Shown here in pieces: positions 12,646 to 26,559 of a DNA stretch of 64,000 bases. The first letter of the stretch is position 1; each line of letters begins with the position of its first letter. The notes under the pieces are model-generated. The model made no database searches, was not told where the DNA came from, and saw nothing but the letters and a program-made list of their open reading frames with translations. Origin of the DNA: Octopus sinensis (Eukaryota); contig NC_043008.1 of assembly GCF_006345805.1 (NCBI RefSeq), forward strand, positions 35,340,001 to 35,404,000, in the 5' to 3' direction. Position numbers and translations under genes: made by a program.

Positions 12646-12938
12646 TGCGTTTGCGATTATGTATCGATATATTTCCACCAATGAAAACATTATTTAGCAA
12701 AAGAGCTGTCAAAAACATGTTTGCAGAGAAAGGTTTTCAATAAATTTCGGGTCTCTTAATTTTCTATTAATTGTTTCATTTCACTATTTTTATCCCATGT
12801 TTTACCTTCTACAATGTTTTTCTTCCCCCCTTTTTTTTTTCTAGATTTGTTCTTCCATTTTTTCATCTTCATTCATTTCCCATATAATTTGGGTGTTTAC
12901 TTAGAAGAAATATGCTCAGGAAAACTAGTACACATACG

Positions 12939-12987
<49 letters not shown>

Positions 12988-14368
12988 ATAGAAATATATG
13001 CATGTATACATACATACATATGCATACGCTCACTCACATGAAAACATATACATTTCTGTACGCACAGAGGTGTAACGATATACAACTCATACATATACAT
13101 GTAAGCATGTTTATGCATTCATACACGGAGAATGAAAGAAAGATAGATATATCGTGTTTCAGTTTCAGTAAAATATATGCATCTTTCAAATAATGCATGC
13201 ATATATTGAACGATTTCCTTGTTTCTTACCGAAAATGTTTAATTACCTAAATATATCACAATATTTAAAAGAATGGAAGATTCTTTATTCGTTAGTAATT
13301 TCATCAAAATGCAATTAGTATATATTTAAATAAATGCCGAAATTATACACGTTAGTATATATGTGCATTAACCTGTATTCTTGATAACCTATTCCCCACA
13401 CCCTGGCATGAACATATTGAAACACAAGCATTTGTGTTCTTCTAAACATTATGAAGTACTATTTATTCTGATTCATTTTGTACTTGTTTGCAAATGATTG
13501 CAATACAAATGGAAAATGTATTCGTTAATGAACGAAAACATGGCCGCCAATGCTGTCGTCTGCTTATCCACTGACAACTCACTTTCAAGATGAACAAGTT
13601 CTGGTGCAAGCAAGCATAAAAGAAATGCAATTGGAAATTTTAAGTTACGCATGAGTAAACTTATGTTACGAAATAATAAAGCGCTGGTTTGGTTTCTCAC
13701 GTGGGGTTTCTGATTAGTTATTAAGAAAATTTTTGTATGTGGAAGGGTAGCGGGAACTCAGTAGATCGTTAACGTTCGGCGATACGTGTTGAAGTGTTCG
13801 ATAAACAGGGTGTGGTTGAGAGCAGCATAAGAAAAAAAAAACATGAATAAACAGAGGCAGAAAGATGAAGGAAAAGAACGAAAGATGGAGAATGAAAAAG
13901 GAAAGGGAAGGAGAGAATAAGAGTTAGCGGAGAAAAGTGGGGAGAGGCGAGAACAAGAGTTAGCTAGCTTTGCAAATCGATCAGAAGACATTATTAGGCC
14001 TAGATTAAAGATAAGGCAAACAGGTTTATCATTAAATGAGAAAAATAGTTTGTTCTGAGAAGATGGTGCTGTTCAGTTTGTATCATTAATCTAAAAATAA
14101 TATACTTAAATCTGCTTCGGAAAGTATGTTACGTTTGACTAAGTTTTAGATTCGTGTCTTCCATTAATTCCCAATTGTGTCCTCTTTCCTTCTAATAACA
14201 TCGTTGCTGACTTGATTATTTATATCATCATCACTACCATCACCACCAACAACAACACCACCACCACCTCTCCTCACCATCTATCATCATCATCGTCAAC
14301 ATTACTATTGTTGTTGTTGTTATAATTATTATTATTATTATTATTGTTGTTATTATTATTATTATTAT

Positions 14369-16521
14369 TCAGTAGTTTTATTTTTATTTTTATAGCGTGC
14401 TTTCACTTCACTACCGAGCGCAGCTCTGTGTGCCTTGGGTATGTGCTGTGATTTGTTGTGATGCTCTGATGGTTATTGTATGGAAAGTGTTCTGCGTAGG
14501 ATGTGTGCAGTGCCTAGTAGTGCAATTTTCTGTATGTTATATGTGTTTGTAAGTCCTGGTGTTTTTGTTATGTATTTGTCTGAATATTTTTTATCATGCC
14601 TAATGCACCTACTATGATAGGAATTGTTTCTGTTTTCAGATTCCACATTCTAGTTACCTCTATTTCCAGGTCTTTGTATTTTGAGAGTTTCTCCATTTCT
14701 TTTAGAGACACGTTGTCATCAGCCGGTATTGATACATCAATTAGAAAGTATTTATTTTCTTCATGGTCTCTGACAACTATATCTGGTCTGTTGGCCTTAA
14801 TTTCTCTATCTGTGTGTATCGGCATATCCCAGAGTATGGTTGCTTTCTCGTTTTCTGTGACCTTTTCTGGTGTGTGCCTATACCATCTTTTTTCTGTTGT
14901 TATTCCATAATGTTGGCATAGCTTCCAATGTATGTAGGTTCCAACTCTGTCATGTCTGTGAATATATTCCTTCTTAGCCAGGACTGGGCAGATAGAGATA
15001 ATATGATTTATTGTTTCTTGTCCATCTCCACATATTCTGCAGTTACTTGTAATATTTCTTTTCATTACATGTTTTTGGTAATTTCTGGTGGGGAGGCTTT
15101 GGTCTTGTGCTGCAATTAAAAATCCCTCTGTTTCTGCTTTGAGTCCTGAGCTTCTCAACCATTGCTGGGATTTTTCTTTGTCTATTTCTTTTGCGTTTAG
15201 TTTAGTCCAGTATTTACCATGAAGGGGCTTTTCTTGGCATCGTTTTATCATGGTTCGTTGCTGTTCTATTTTTAGTTTGGATTTCATTTGTTTTATAGCT
15301 TTTGTTGTTTCTTCATCTTCTTCTTCTTCTTCTTCATGTTTATTAGGTGGTATGATTTCTTGTTTGTAATTGTCAGCTTCCTTAAATACTGAGAACAGTT
15401 TTTTGTTTTGCTCGTGTTTTACCGCTATCTGGATCAGTTTTCTTTCCTTCTGAAGTAGATATTTTTGCAGTCCTATGGTGGTTATTTTATAGTAGTTTTC
15501 CAGCTGTATAAGGCCTCTACCACCTTCTATACGTTGTATATATAGTCTTTCTATGTCAGATTTTGGGTGATGCATCCTAGATCTTGTCATTATTTTTCTT
15601 GTTTTCCTATCTATTTTGGTCAGTTCATTTCGTGTCCAGTTAAGGATATTGTAGCTTTAACTTATAACTGGGACAGCTAAAGTGTTGATACCTATTATCT
15701 TGTTTTTAGCATTGAGCTCTGTGTTTAGTATTGATCTAACTCGTCTATAATATTCTTTTTTTATTTTCTCTTTCATTTGTGTGTGTTGTGTCTTATCTAG
15801 TTCATGGATTCCTAAGTATTTGTAAGTTTGGCTTTGGTCTAATTCTTTTATTTCATTGGTTTTATCTAGTGTGATGTTGTTACTCTTAACTAGTTTTCCT
15901 CTTTTCATGGTTACTTTGGCGCATTTTTCTAATCCAAATTTCATATCTATTTCTTTGGTAAATCCATGAACTGTCTTTAATAGTGTTTCCAGCTGTTTGT
16001 CATTTGCAGCGTATAGTTTTAGCTCATCCATATATAAAAGGTGGCTGATCGTTTTGCCGTAACATTTATATCCGTATCCAGTTCTATTTAGCATATCAGA
16101 TAGAGGTGACAGTGCCAAGCAGAAAAGGAGTGGAGAGAGCGTGTCTCCCTGGAATATTCCTCTTCTAGTGGGGATGTCTTTGGTTTTCATGAGTCCCTCT
16201 TTTGTTTGGAGGTGTAGGACTGTTTGCCATTTATTCATAGAGTGCTCTATGAATTTTATGATTGTTGGTGCTACTTTGTTAATGGCTAGTGTTTCGAGGA
16301 TCCATGTGTGGGGGATGCTATCAAACGCCTTTTTGTAGTCAATCCAGGCCATACTGAGGCCTTTCTTCTTTCTGTGGCTGTCTTCAGTTATGGCTTTATT
16401 AATCATTAGTTGATCTTTACAGCCATATGAGCCTTTGCGGCATCCTTTCTGCTCTTCTGGGAACAGTTTGTTTTCGTCCAGGTGCTTGTTCAGCCTTTGT
16501 GATATCACTGCAGTAAATGCC
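14369..16521 (-). mobile_element. 5'-truncated R4/Dong-clade LINE (RT, CCHC knuckle, restriction-like endonuclease) in (TAA)n
   Basis: WIDYKKAFD, RGIFQGDTLSPLLF, HLLYMDE, YKYLG, CRICG...H...C, RHD, NRPD, KLSKYKDL; frameshifts near 15657 and 14590; terminal QKIALLGTAHILRRTL, stop at 14473; (TTA)n on both flanks. Confidence 0.95.
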
Positions 16522-16584
<63 letters not shown>

Positions 16585-16585
<1 letters not shown>

Positions 16586-16743
16586 GATTTTGGTTTGACT
16601 GAGGCTCGGTTTATTTCTAGTAGGATTTATGTGGGTAACAGGTTATTACCTGTAACCTTCGGTATCCACAAGTTTCCAGCTGTCTTTCAAATGCTTAGAA
16701 CCCTCCTGATAACCCTTGCCGCCCGTAAGAGACAAACTTTCAG
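16585..16743 (-). mobile_element. R4/Dong 3' stub, different subfamily
   Basis: Minus strand reads LKVCLLRAARVIRRVLSI* plus a 3' UTR; flanked by (TTA)n. Confidence 0.7.
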
Positions 16744-16766
16744 TATTATTATCATTATTATTATTA

Positions 16767-16809
<43 letters not shown>

Positions 16810-17352
16810 GAGTGAGAAAGCAGTTCATGCCATCAAAGTTACACTGGGGTAAAATATACGAAGCCCAATATACCCATCATAACTACCCGTCTGATAAAGG
16901 TACACCAGGCACATGCATCACAACCATATGTGCGCGACATGGTGATCTCATATCAAGATAAACAGCACATGACCTTGCAGGTGGGGCCCAGTTAGAATTT
17001 TCTTCAGGTTGAGTAGCCCATCCCGCTCAAACGGTCCCTGAATAAGGGTTGTTTAAGGTTGTTGAACGAAACACCCATGTTTCCAGAGGTGAACTATTCA
17101 AACCCCAAAGAATCCCTCTCAACACATGGTTATGATGCTCCCCCACTACTTCTGCTCGTGATCAGAGATGCACATATCGTCAGTCACTAAGGGACATGCT
17201 CAACTGGTTAAGGTCAAACAACTGACAAGCAAATCTGTGGTATTGAGCAGAATATTTGCTGTAGCCCATCTTTTATACCAAGACAAAACAATGTACATGA
17301 TAACACTTCCAATCAGTTAAGATCAGAAGCCATGAGAGCCACTGCCTGGTAC

Positions 17353-17353
<1 letters not shown>
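16810..17353 (-). mobile_element. 544-bp non-coding interspersed element inserted in (TAA)n
   Basis: Full-length homolog in the opposite orientation at 41688-42222 with the same ends; strand assigned from the TAA tail. Confidence 0.85.
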
Positions 17354-17422
<69 letters not shown>

Positions 17423-18156
17423 TACATATATTATTATTTACTTTTAATCTGCATGATTTTCATAGTCACTTGCTGAGACACAACCAGCGTCTTAGGGCGA
17501 GTGAAGGATAAAAGATGTTACAGTATGACTGAAAGCTTGGGGAGAGGTAGTGGCTGGTGCAAGAGCCAAATATGTTCATGTAATACAACACGGATATTTA
17601 AATTGATAAGGCTTTTCTAAGTATGTGGGCAGTATTTGTTAGCACAATCTTTCGAATTTCTCTGACACATGGTTCTCCTGGGATATTATCTAGATGTTTC
17701 TGACATCGCTTTCTTATCATACTTAGGGCACCCATAATAACAGGAACAGTTCTCGCTTTAAGATGTCACACATTTTGTATTTCAATTTCCAGGTCCTTAT
17801 ATTTACTTAATTTGTCAAATTCCTTTACCTATATATTTTTATCAGTGCGAACACTTACAACTATTATCCGACAAGTATTTTCTTCTCTGTCTTTAATGAC
17901 CTTGTCTGGTCGATTAACCTGGATCGTTCTGTCAGTGTTGACTTGAAAATCCCAGAGGATATGACATTTTTACCTTCAACGACTGGCTCAGAAGGATGTT
18001 CATAACAATAAGCAGGAGTGTTGATTTTGTAGTGTTTACACATTTTCCAATGTAAATACTGTCCTACTCTATCGTGGCGATTTTTGTATTCGTTTGGTGT
18101 CAGCACAGGATTTCCCGAGACGAAATGGTCTATTGTTTCATCAAATTTATCAGAGA

Positions 18157-18157
<1 letters not shown>
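17423..18157 (-). mobile_element. Degenerate R4/Dong endonuclease fragment
   Basis: YKNRHDRVGQYLHW, LWDFQVNTDRTIQVNRPD, KLSKYKDLEIEI, TAHILRKALSI*; (TTA)n on both flanks. Confidence 0.9.
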
Positions 18158-18231
<74 letters not shown>

Positions 18232-18409
18232 GTCGTTATCACCATCTTGAAATTCTGTTTCCATTTATTTCCGAGAAACTCACTGTCGTTGGTAGGCCAT
18301 TAAAATAAACACACCTGATAGTTCATTTACTAAGTCATATGAAGGGAAAATAAAGACAGAGAGAAAAAAAAAGTAAACAAAGAAAATAAAGGGGGAAAAT
18401 GGAACGAAA

Positions 18410-18720
18410 ATTCACAGCGACGATGCTCTTCTCAGTACGTGTGACGTACGAGCTAAGAATGCACTTCCTGCATGGCTGGTGAGCTAGGGTTTATTCTTAA
18501 ATAATTTTCAGTTACTTCTATTGTAACCGTTTTGAGATGCCACATCGTTTCGACTTCAGTTAGCAAATCTTTATATTTTCTGAGCTTATCAAATTCTTTT
18601 GCCGAGATATTATGGTCACAAGGTATGCTCATGGCAATCAATAAACAGACTTTATCTTTTTGGTCTTTCACAACAATAACTGGTTTATTTGCTTAGATGG
18701 TCCGGTCTGTACATACTGTC
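18410..18720 (-). mobile_element. Degenerate R4/Dong endonuclease fragment
   Basis: TDRTI*ANKP, IAMSIPCDHNISAKEFDKLRKYKDLLTEVETMW. Confidence 0.8.
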
Positions 18721-19085
18721 TGTACATACCATTTGTCAACAGTTCGATTTTATAATGCTGACACATTATGCAATGTAGATATTGGCCAACTCTATCATGT
18801 CTTGATTTGTACTAAAACTTACACCCAGAGATTAGGTGGTCAACTGTCTCAATCCCATAGTTGCAGTATCGGCACTTTGGGTCTACTTCATTTTCCCTCA
18901 CATCTACTCCATTACTAGGAGAATGGAACGGGGAACAAAATGAATGCGGATGCAGTGGTGTCATTTATATAACACTATACAAATACATTTGTATGTGTAT
19001 TTGTATGTATGTATGTATATGTGTATATATGTATATATATGTGTATATATGTGTATATATATATATGTATGTGTGTGTATGCATG

Positions 19086-19178
<93 letters not shown>

Positions 19179-19205
19179 TATATATATATTATATATATAT
19201 ATATT

Positions 19206-19830
19206 CATCCCCTGCTTTCCCTTTTACAGGCACATTCCTCATTGTCCTAATTCCTCGCACCTCCACCATCACTTTCTTCCCTAGGATTCATAAACCCAAC
19301 CACCCTGGCTGCCCTTCCATCTCCACATGCAAATGCCTTGCCTTACCGAAATCGTTTCCAAACATATCGACCTCGTCCGTCTCCCTTATTTGCTTTCCTC
19401 CGTACTCTTCATATCTTCAATTTCGTCTCTTTCCCTCCTGGCTCGCCTGGCTCGCCTGGCCCTCCCACCTTCTCTTTACCAAAGATATCAAATCCCTCTA
19501 CAACGTCAAACTCCGCGACGACGGGTTTCTGTCCCTCCAATACTTTCTCAACGCTCGCATCATTCTCGAACCCAGCATACCCATACTTCTCCGCCTCGAC
19601 AAACTCGTACTCAATCTCAACTGCTTCACGTTCTCGGATGACGTCTACCAGCAGATATCCAGGGTCTCTGCGGGAGCGATTTTGGGCCCCAATGTCAGCA
19701 GCTTACTCGTCCGCTATGTCGAGCCCCAAATCTTCTCTGCATTCACCGCACCGACACCAGAGCTTCACAGACGTGACGTAAACGATTGTATCAGTACAGC
19801 CTTTCACGCGAACAACTAAATAATTTCATC
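19206..19830 (+). mobile_element. Penelope-like element reverse transcriptase remnant
   Basis: PRIHKPNHPG, LFTKDIKSLYN, LVLNLNCFTF..YQQISRVSAGAILGP and RRDVND (decayed RYIDD) match PLE RT motifs in order. Confidence 0.85.
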
Positions 19831-21169
19831 TCTTGTTCTGTTTTCTATTTGCCTTCCTCTCTACATACGCCTTACAGTCACCCCCCACACACACACACAC
19901 ATTACCAATCTCCACCCAGCAAACATCCTCACACATATACATGCATACGCACGTGTGCATACGCCTACACGCGCACACGCACAACAAACGCGTACGCACA
20001 AAACATACATACATATACGATTATATGCATACACATACACTCACACGCGTGTGCACACTGACCAATTGCCAGGTTCTTGGACAACCCTCTCATTCTCTTC
20101 TTCTATCTTTTCTCTCTCTCTCTTATTCTTCTTTTCCTCTCTCTTCTTTCTCTCTCTTTCTTTCCCTTTCTCCGTCTCTCTCATTCCATCTCTCATTCTC
20201 TCTTCTTGCTTTTTTTCTCTATTTCTCTCCTGCATACATACATAACACTCAACATTCATATTTATTTGCACACACACACACACATACACACACACACGCA
20301 CATGAATGCCTATAAGCACTGACATAAATTTTCTCGCAAACACTATCACGCATACAGACACGCGCGCAACAGACACACGCACACACCCTTTTATATAGAC
20401 TCACACGCTTCTAAATATATTTTCATGCGAGTAGAATCATATGTATATGTATGTCTTGTTCATATGATTGTGTAGTGCGAACACATATACATATGTACAT
20501 AAACACAGACATCTGTGCGCGCACAGACAGACACACACACACACACAAACTGTTCTTCTAACCTAACTCTCCCTTTCTTGAACGCATACATACCCGCTCG
20601 CATACATGCACGCGCACGTTCCCACTCGTACACACATACATACGCCTACACACACAAAGGTACACACATATATGCATGCTTACACATGCACTCTCTCATA
20701 CGGGCACACAGGCACCCACACACACGCACGCACATAGGCACACACATACATACGCCTAAATACAAGCATACTGACATACACGCACACGCACACATACACA
20801 CGTACTCCTACGCACAGACATCGGTTCTCCTGCACACGCTTCACACAGTCTCTTGACTGATCCCCTTTCACCAGTCCACAAGAAGCCCCCGGAAACTTTC
20901 CCCTATCTGTCCTACCTACACACACTTACCCATCTAACCTACACCACACACACTCACATATACATGCGCACGTAAACACACACACACACGCATTCATACA
21001 CAAATACATGCACACCCATTAGTAGCATATACTACTAATATTGCTAACACACAATCACGCCACCCGTTACCTCAATATATATATACATACAATCATACAC
21101 CTTCACAGGTACACACATACGCCTACACGGACGCAAATTTATATATACGTACATAATTGCGCGCAGAGA

Positions 21170-21849
21170 GTGAATGTATGCTCTTTTCTGCTGTCACATC
21201 TCACGAATGAACCATTTTGGACCAAATAGTGACTGGTGACGAGAAATGGGTTCTCTATAAAAATGTCAAGCATCGAAGACAGTGGGTAGGAAAACGAGAA
21301 ACACCGGCACCCCAGGCTAAAGAAGGTCTTCATTTACGTAAGGTGTTGTTATCTGTTTGGCGGGATATGAAAGGTTTAGTCCACCTTAAACTTTTAAACC
21401 CAAACCAAACGATAACAAAGGAGATCTACTGCGAGCAGCTTGAGAGGATTAAGTTAGCGCTAGAAGAAAAACGACATCTTTGGTTTCAAGACAAAAGGTG
21501 TTTTCCATCAAGATAATTCGCGGCCACGTACATGAAACAGTTTAAATGGATAACGATGCTCTACCTACCATATTCACCGGACATTTTCCCATCTGATTAT
21601 CGTTTATTCCGCAGTTTTCAAAACCATTTGGAAGGAAAAAAATATGAATTCAGTCGACGAGGTCAGAACAGTACTGGAGGAGTACTTATCGTCACGTTCA
21701 AGTGAATTTTGGAAGAGGGCTCTTGCAAGTCTACCAGATAGATGGAAGAGCATTGTAGAAAATAAAGGAGAGTATTTTTTAGATTAAAAAATACCTTTGT
21801 AAAATAAAAGAAGTATAAAAAACTGCATTATTTACGGGATGACCCAATA
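21170..21849 (+). mobile_element. mariner (DD34D) transposon, 3' half with right TIR; pseudogene
   Basis: IVTGDEKWVLY, QDNSRP, YSPDIFPSDY, LPDRWKSIVENKGEY; terminus ...GGGATGACCCAA|TA. Confidence 0.9.
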
Positions 21850-23081
21850 CTAACAAGCACACATAATTTCCACATAAACAGGGACCTAGACCGCCTCTAC
21901 CTAAAACGAAAACAAGGAAGCAGAGGCTTAACATCGATCCAAAATGCCTTTGAATATCGTATCATATCCCTTCGGCAACATCTTTTATCCACCAAATGTC
22001 ATCTCTAGACCAAGTTTGCATACATGAGGATGATAATATCATAAAACTTGAAAGGCAGCTGCTTGAGCAACATTCTTTGTCTGGTAATCTAGAATACATG
22101 CCCATAGAATTCGCACGACACTACCGCAACGTATCATCAGATAAAAGTATGAGTGTATATCAGCAGAAAACTATGTATGAATATGTTAGTAGAAAGCTCC
22201 GAGATGATAATAACATCGATCATGAAAGCAGTCTATTATGAACCAATAGCCGGACTACTACCTCCCACTTTCAAGGGTATGCGTTTGCAATCCATCAACA
22301 GGAAATTTCAACAAAGTACCTTATTCACAAAAGAGACAGAGATGCAGGAAAAGCAGAAGAATGCGACAACCGACGCAGACAATGTGGAGTTATCACCGAA
22401 GATATCACCCACATCATAAGCAGTTGTCCAAAAATGTCATCGCGGTATTATCTAGCGATGCGACATGATTTTGTAGTTAGGACACTCTATAATGAAATCA
22501 GTCGGAAGGATAATCCCGAGGATAAAGAAATAAGAATTCACAGTATGGTAGAAGCCATAGTCACTCATAATAGAAAAAAGAGTACTGGTGGAATGTCCCG
22601 ATGAAGTCCTCAATAAAATGTAAGCACAATTGACCAGATATAATGATTTGGGATAGAGAGAAGAAAAACTGTGAACAGTTGAGGAAATTTGCTGCCCAGC
22701 GGGTGTTAGCATAAAGCTGAAGACCAGTGTAAAAGAGAATACCTACGCTGAACTATTGAGGTATCTGTAGTTACTCTATCCAGATTGAAAGTTCAGGTTT
22801 ATACCTGTAATTATTCAGGCCCTGGGATATGTAAAGCACTGCCCAAATACCAATGTTGAGAAATTAAGCTTCTCAAAACCAGAGAGGAGAAAGCTAATTG
22901 GAAGACTACAGATCCAATCCATCACTGGAACTGTAAAAATCTGTAAAACTTTCCAATTTGTCGTTTAAATATATATGAACATGTCTACATATGCAACTAT
23001 ATGCATGAGAATACATACATAATGTAAAACATACAAATCTGCACATACATACATACATACATACATACATACATACATACA

Positions 23082-23115
<34 letters not shown>

Positions 23116-23435
23116 CATATATACATACATACATTCATACATACATACATACATACATATATACATACATACATACATTCATACAGACATATATACATAC
23201 ATACATACATACATACATACATACATGCATGCATACATGCATACATACATACATACATACATACATACATACATACATACATACATACATACATACTTAC
23301 AAACAAACATACATACAAAAATATCCTCTTTGTGATGTTGAAATTCCAATGAAGGAGCCTTCGATCTACGTTAGAAATCGGTTCTTTCTCTACTGGCAAG
23401 AAATCTTGGTATAAAACTGAACAATGACATACATA
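21850..23435 (+). mobile_element. Degenerate R4-clade LINE 3' portion associated with (CATA)n
   Basis: DRLYLKRKQGSRGL, EDITHIISSC, MRHD, HN*PDIMIWD, IPVIIQALG, GTVKICKTF (ORF end ~22968); probable 3' UTR interrupted by and ending in ACAT repeats. Confidence 0.8.
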
Positions 23436-24863
23436 CAAGTATAAAAGACTAAGTTAATATTACTTGTAGTTTCAAAAACCCTCAAAAGTTGGTTGAATTC
23501 AATTCCATCCAATAAGACTTTTACAACTGGGATCTCCCAACTTTGTGAACAAAAAACAGAAAATATCAGCTGATATTTAATCCATTGTATTGCTATTAAA
23601 TAATTCTTTGGATAAAAAAAGAATTAGAAACAAATAATGAAAATGAATTAGTTTTGAGTTTTATGATAGAATCCATTGTTACTGTTAGCGTCCATTTTTA
23701 TGTAGTGTTGAACTGTTATCTTCCTCGTCGTTACCATCATTTACTGCTTTGTTTGTGATTTATTTTGGACACGAATGTTTGCTAGTTTTACGCTTCCTTT
23801 TTATCTATTTTGTTTGTTATTTCCTTGTTTAATACGTTCAGGCTAAATTTAATTTCTGTTGTGTATGGTGCGGGACTGTTGTCGTTTGGTTTGTTTCAGT
23901 TTCATTTCTGTAAATATTTCTATTTTTTATGTTGCAAGTGTTTGCAGTTTTTCTGCAGCTGATTGCAAGGAGTATTGGATTCTTCAAGCTTTACATTTTG
24001 GTAGAAATGGTTGTACTGGGACTTTTGGAAAATCTAAATCTAATTTTGCCTGATTTATAATTATGATGCTGTTACTATAAAAAGCGTGAGGTGGGATAAG
24101 TAGCACAGAGTATGAAACAAAACATGACGCAGAAGATTGTACATAACTAGTTAATATATCACTTAGTGTTAGTTGTTTCGATGTAAAGTAAGGTTAGTTT
24201 TGGTGCCTTTTGTACCACTTCTTGTGTTATCTGTATTGCCTTAGCTCCAGGATGTGTTTTGTGCATTGAAATACCCACCTCAAATTACGGTATTTAAGAA
24301 TATATTAAGGTGTTCTGAAGTGATGGTTTGTAATATCGCTCGTAATAGGTATATATTTATCGTATTAATGCGTTTCGTTTTGTTGACATGCATTAAAATA
24401 CTTGCATGTCTAGTGCACTGTGCAGTACTAGTGATCAAGCGTTATGCCTGTTATCAATGCATTGTATATTTGACTTTGTACCTGCTATGATATATTCACT
24501 ATAGTTTGGCCTGTTTTGCATTTGAAGTGCGATGTTCTAATTAATATTGCATGATACATTGTTTCGAGTATCATGCAATATCAATAATCAGTTTTGAGAT
24601 GGTGGTGTTATACTGCAACGCACTGAGATTTTGCGTCGTGTTTATGCGGCGTTCATTTGTTACTCTGGTTGTTGCCCTGTAATCGAATGCCCCGTATTTT
24701 TCATGCGTCATATTTTATGCGCTGTTGAGACGTGGACTTGGGAACTAAGGTTATTGGCGAGACATTTACTTTTCGTTACGTATTCCGATTCTGCAGATTA
24801 ATTTTTGGTACGAAATGTTGTCCGTTAATATATATCTGTGTGTGTGTGTGTGTGTGTGTGAGG

Positions 24864-24901
<38 letters not shown>

Positions 24902-26559
24902 ACAATTCCAAAGTTTTCATTTGTTTCGTCACTTTTTAGATAATGTTGCCAATCGAATTCTCATTCGACAGTTCTATCAGCAATCGCCACACTGGCTTGT
25001 TTTACGAAATATTATTTCCAGGTCAACCTTATGCAGTGAATCAATTCATTTATAGAATATTTAGGGTCACCCTCGAGGTCCATTTCACTTACGTTTTTAA
25101 CAAATTATGTAACTACGAAGAGGCTGCCTCATTGGCTGCAGCGCTGAGAATTGAATTACTTCGTTACCGACTTACCGACAAAACATAATGCTGGCAATCA
25201 GTAGCGAAACCTCATCGTCTTCGTTTTGTGTCTGCTCGAGTGTCTACCATCTTATAAATGAATTAACTTTATTCGGAATCGAAATGCCGTCGCAATGCCG
25301 AATGTACGATAGCTTACAGTTCTGGGAAATATTTAACAAGTATTGCAACAATTTAGTGCTATGTTGACACAATAAATCCGCAGTAGAGAAAATTATTGTA
25401 GTTTATTATTGATTCTCGGCCGACAATTACAAGAGAATGAATTATCGATGAGCTAGAGACATATTTCATCGCAAGAAAACATTAACTTATCACTTTAACA
25501 ATTTCTCATCACCTTTATGATGGTTATTCGAAACTATGTAACATTAGAAATTGCCAACTACTTTAAAATATATTACTGCTGTGTATTTTCTATTACCATA
25601 TTGATATAGAATGACACGAGTGGTGTATATCATGATGTAGGTTTACAGTTAAGTACAGAGAGTGTTATTTAAGATTGTAAAAGCTCTGGTGCAAGGTAAA
25701 AGTTGTGTCAGTAAAATCAAACATTTATTGTAAAGTAAAAGACAGAATTTATTATAGGCAAAACCAATAAGCATCGGTGGGAGGGTCGATGAAGAGCCAC
25801 GACATTGGATTTCTTATACATGCAATTGCCGAAAAGGGAATTGGTGTATTTGACCAATATTAAATCTTTAAAATAAATTTCCACCTTGTCTCTCTTCTCG
25901 GGGGCCTTAAACGTCAATCAGTAAAGCAGATTGACTGAAACTGAGAATTGACCAGTGATCTCAGAGTCGTGTCACCGGAAGAGCCTTTGTCTTTGCAATA
26001 ATATCTATACATACAACTTTAAGAATGTTTTCAAATTTTGGCATAAGGCCAGCAATTTCGGAGGAGGGGATTAGTCGATTACATTGACCCCTGTACTCAA
26101 AGTCGACCTCGGTGGAATTTGAACACAGAGCATAAGGACGGACAAAATGCCACTAAGCATTTTGTCCGGCGTATTAACATGTAACTTTAAAGATAAGACT
26201 AGATTTTTATAGAACCATAAATTCATACGGAACTGGTGGAAGGAATTGGATGACCCGATTCTAATACAGAACTGACATGCATTTTATGTTTAGTGAGAAA
26301 GTTATAGTTAACACTTCTGGAATTGAAGTTTGTCGTGTATCGAACTCCTAATCAATATATATAAAATGCTGTACATTTGTTTAAATAATTAAAAACCGCC
26401 AGCCACTTGGCATGCACGAGTTTTACGTGAACTTGTCTGTTTTATCCTATATATTGCAATCAAAATAAACGGAGGCAAGCAATCGATTCCACGTTAACTG
26501 CTTGAATTGTTGTATCGTAAGTTGGATTGTTTACTGTTAATTTGCTATTTTGTGTCTTT

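Noticed and set aside
12221-12743. Long HT/CV-repeat ORFs, and similar YI/MYVC ORFs throughout the window
   Set aside because: Stop-free translations of microsatellites, with no protein signal
23740-24260. Possible decayed GIY-YIG/Penelope fragment on the minus strand
   Set aside because: Only vague peptide resemblance
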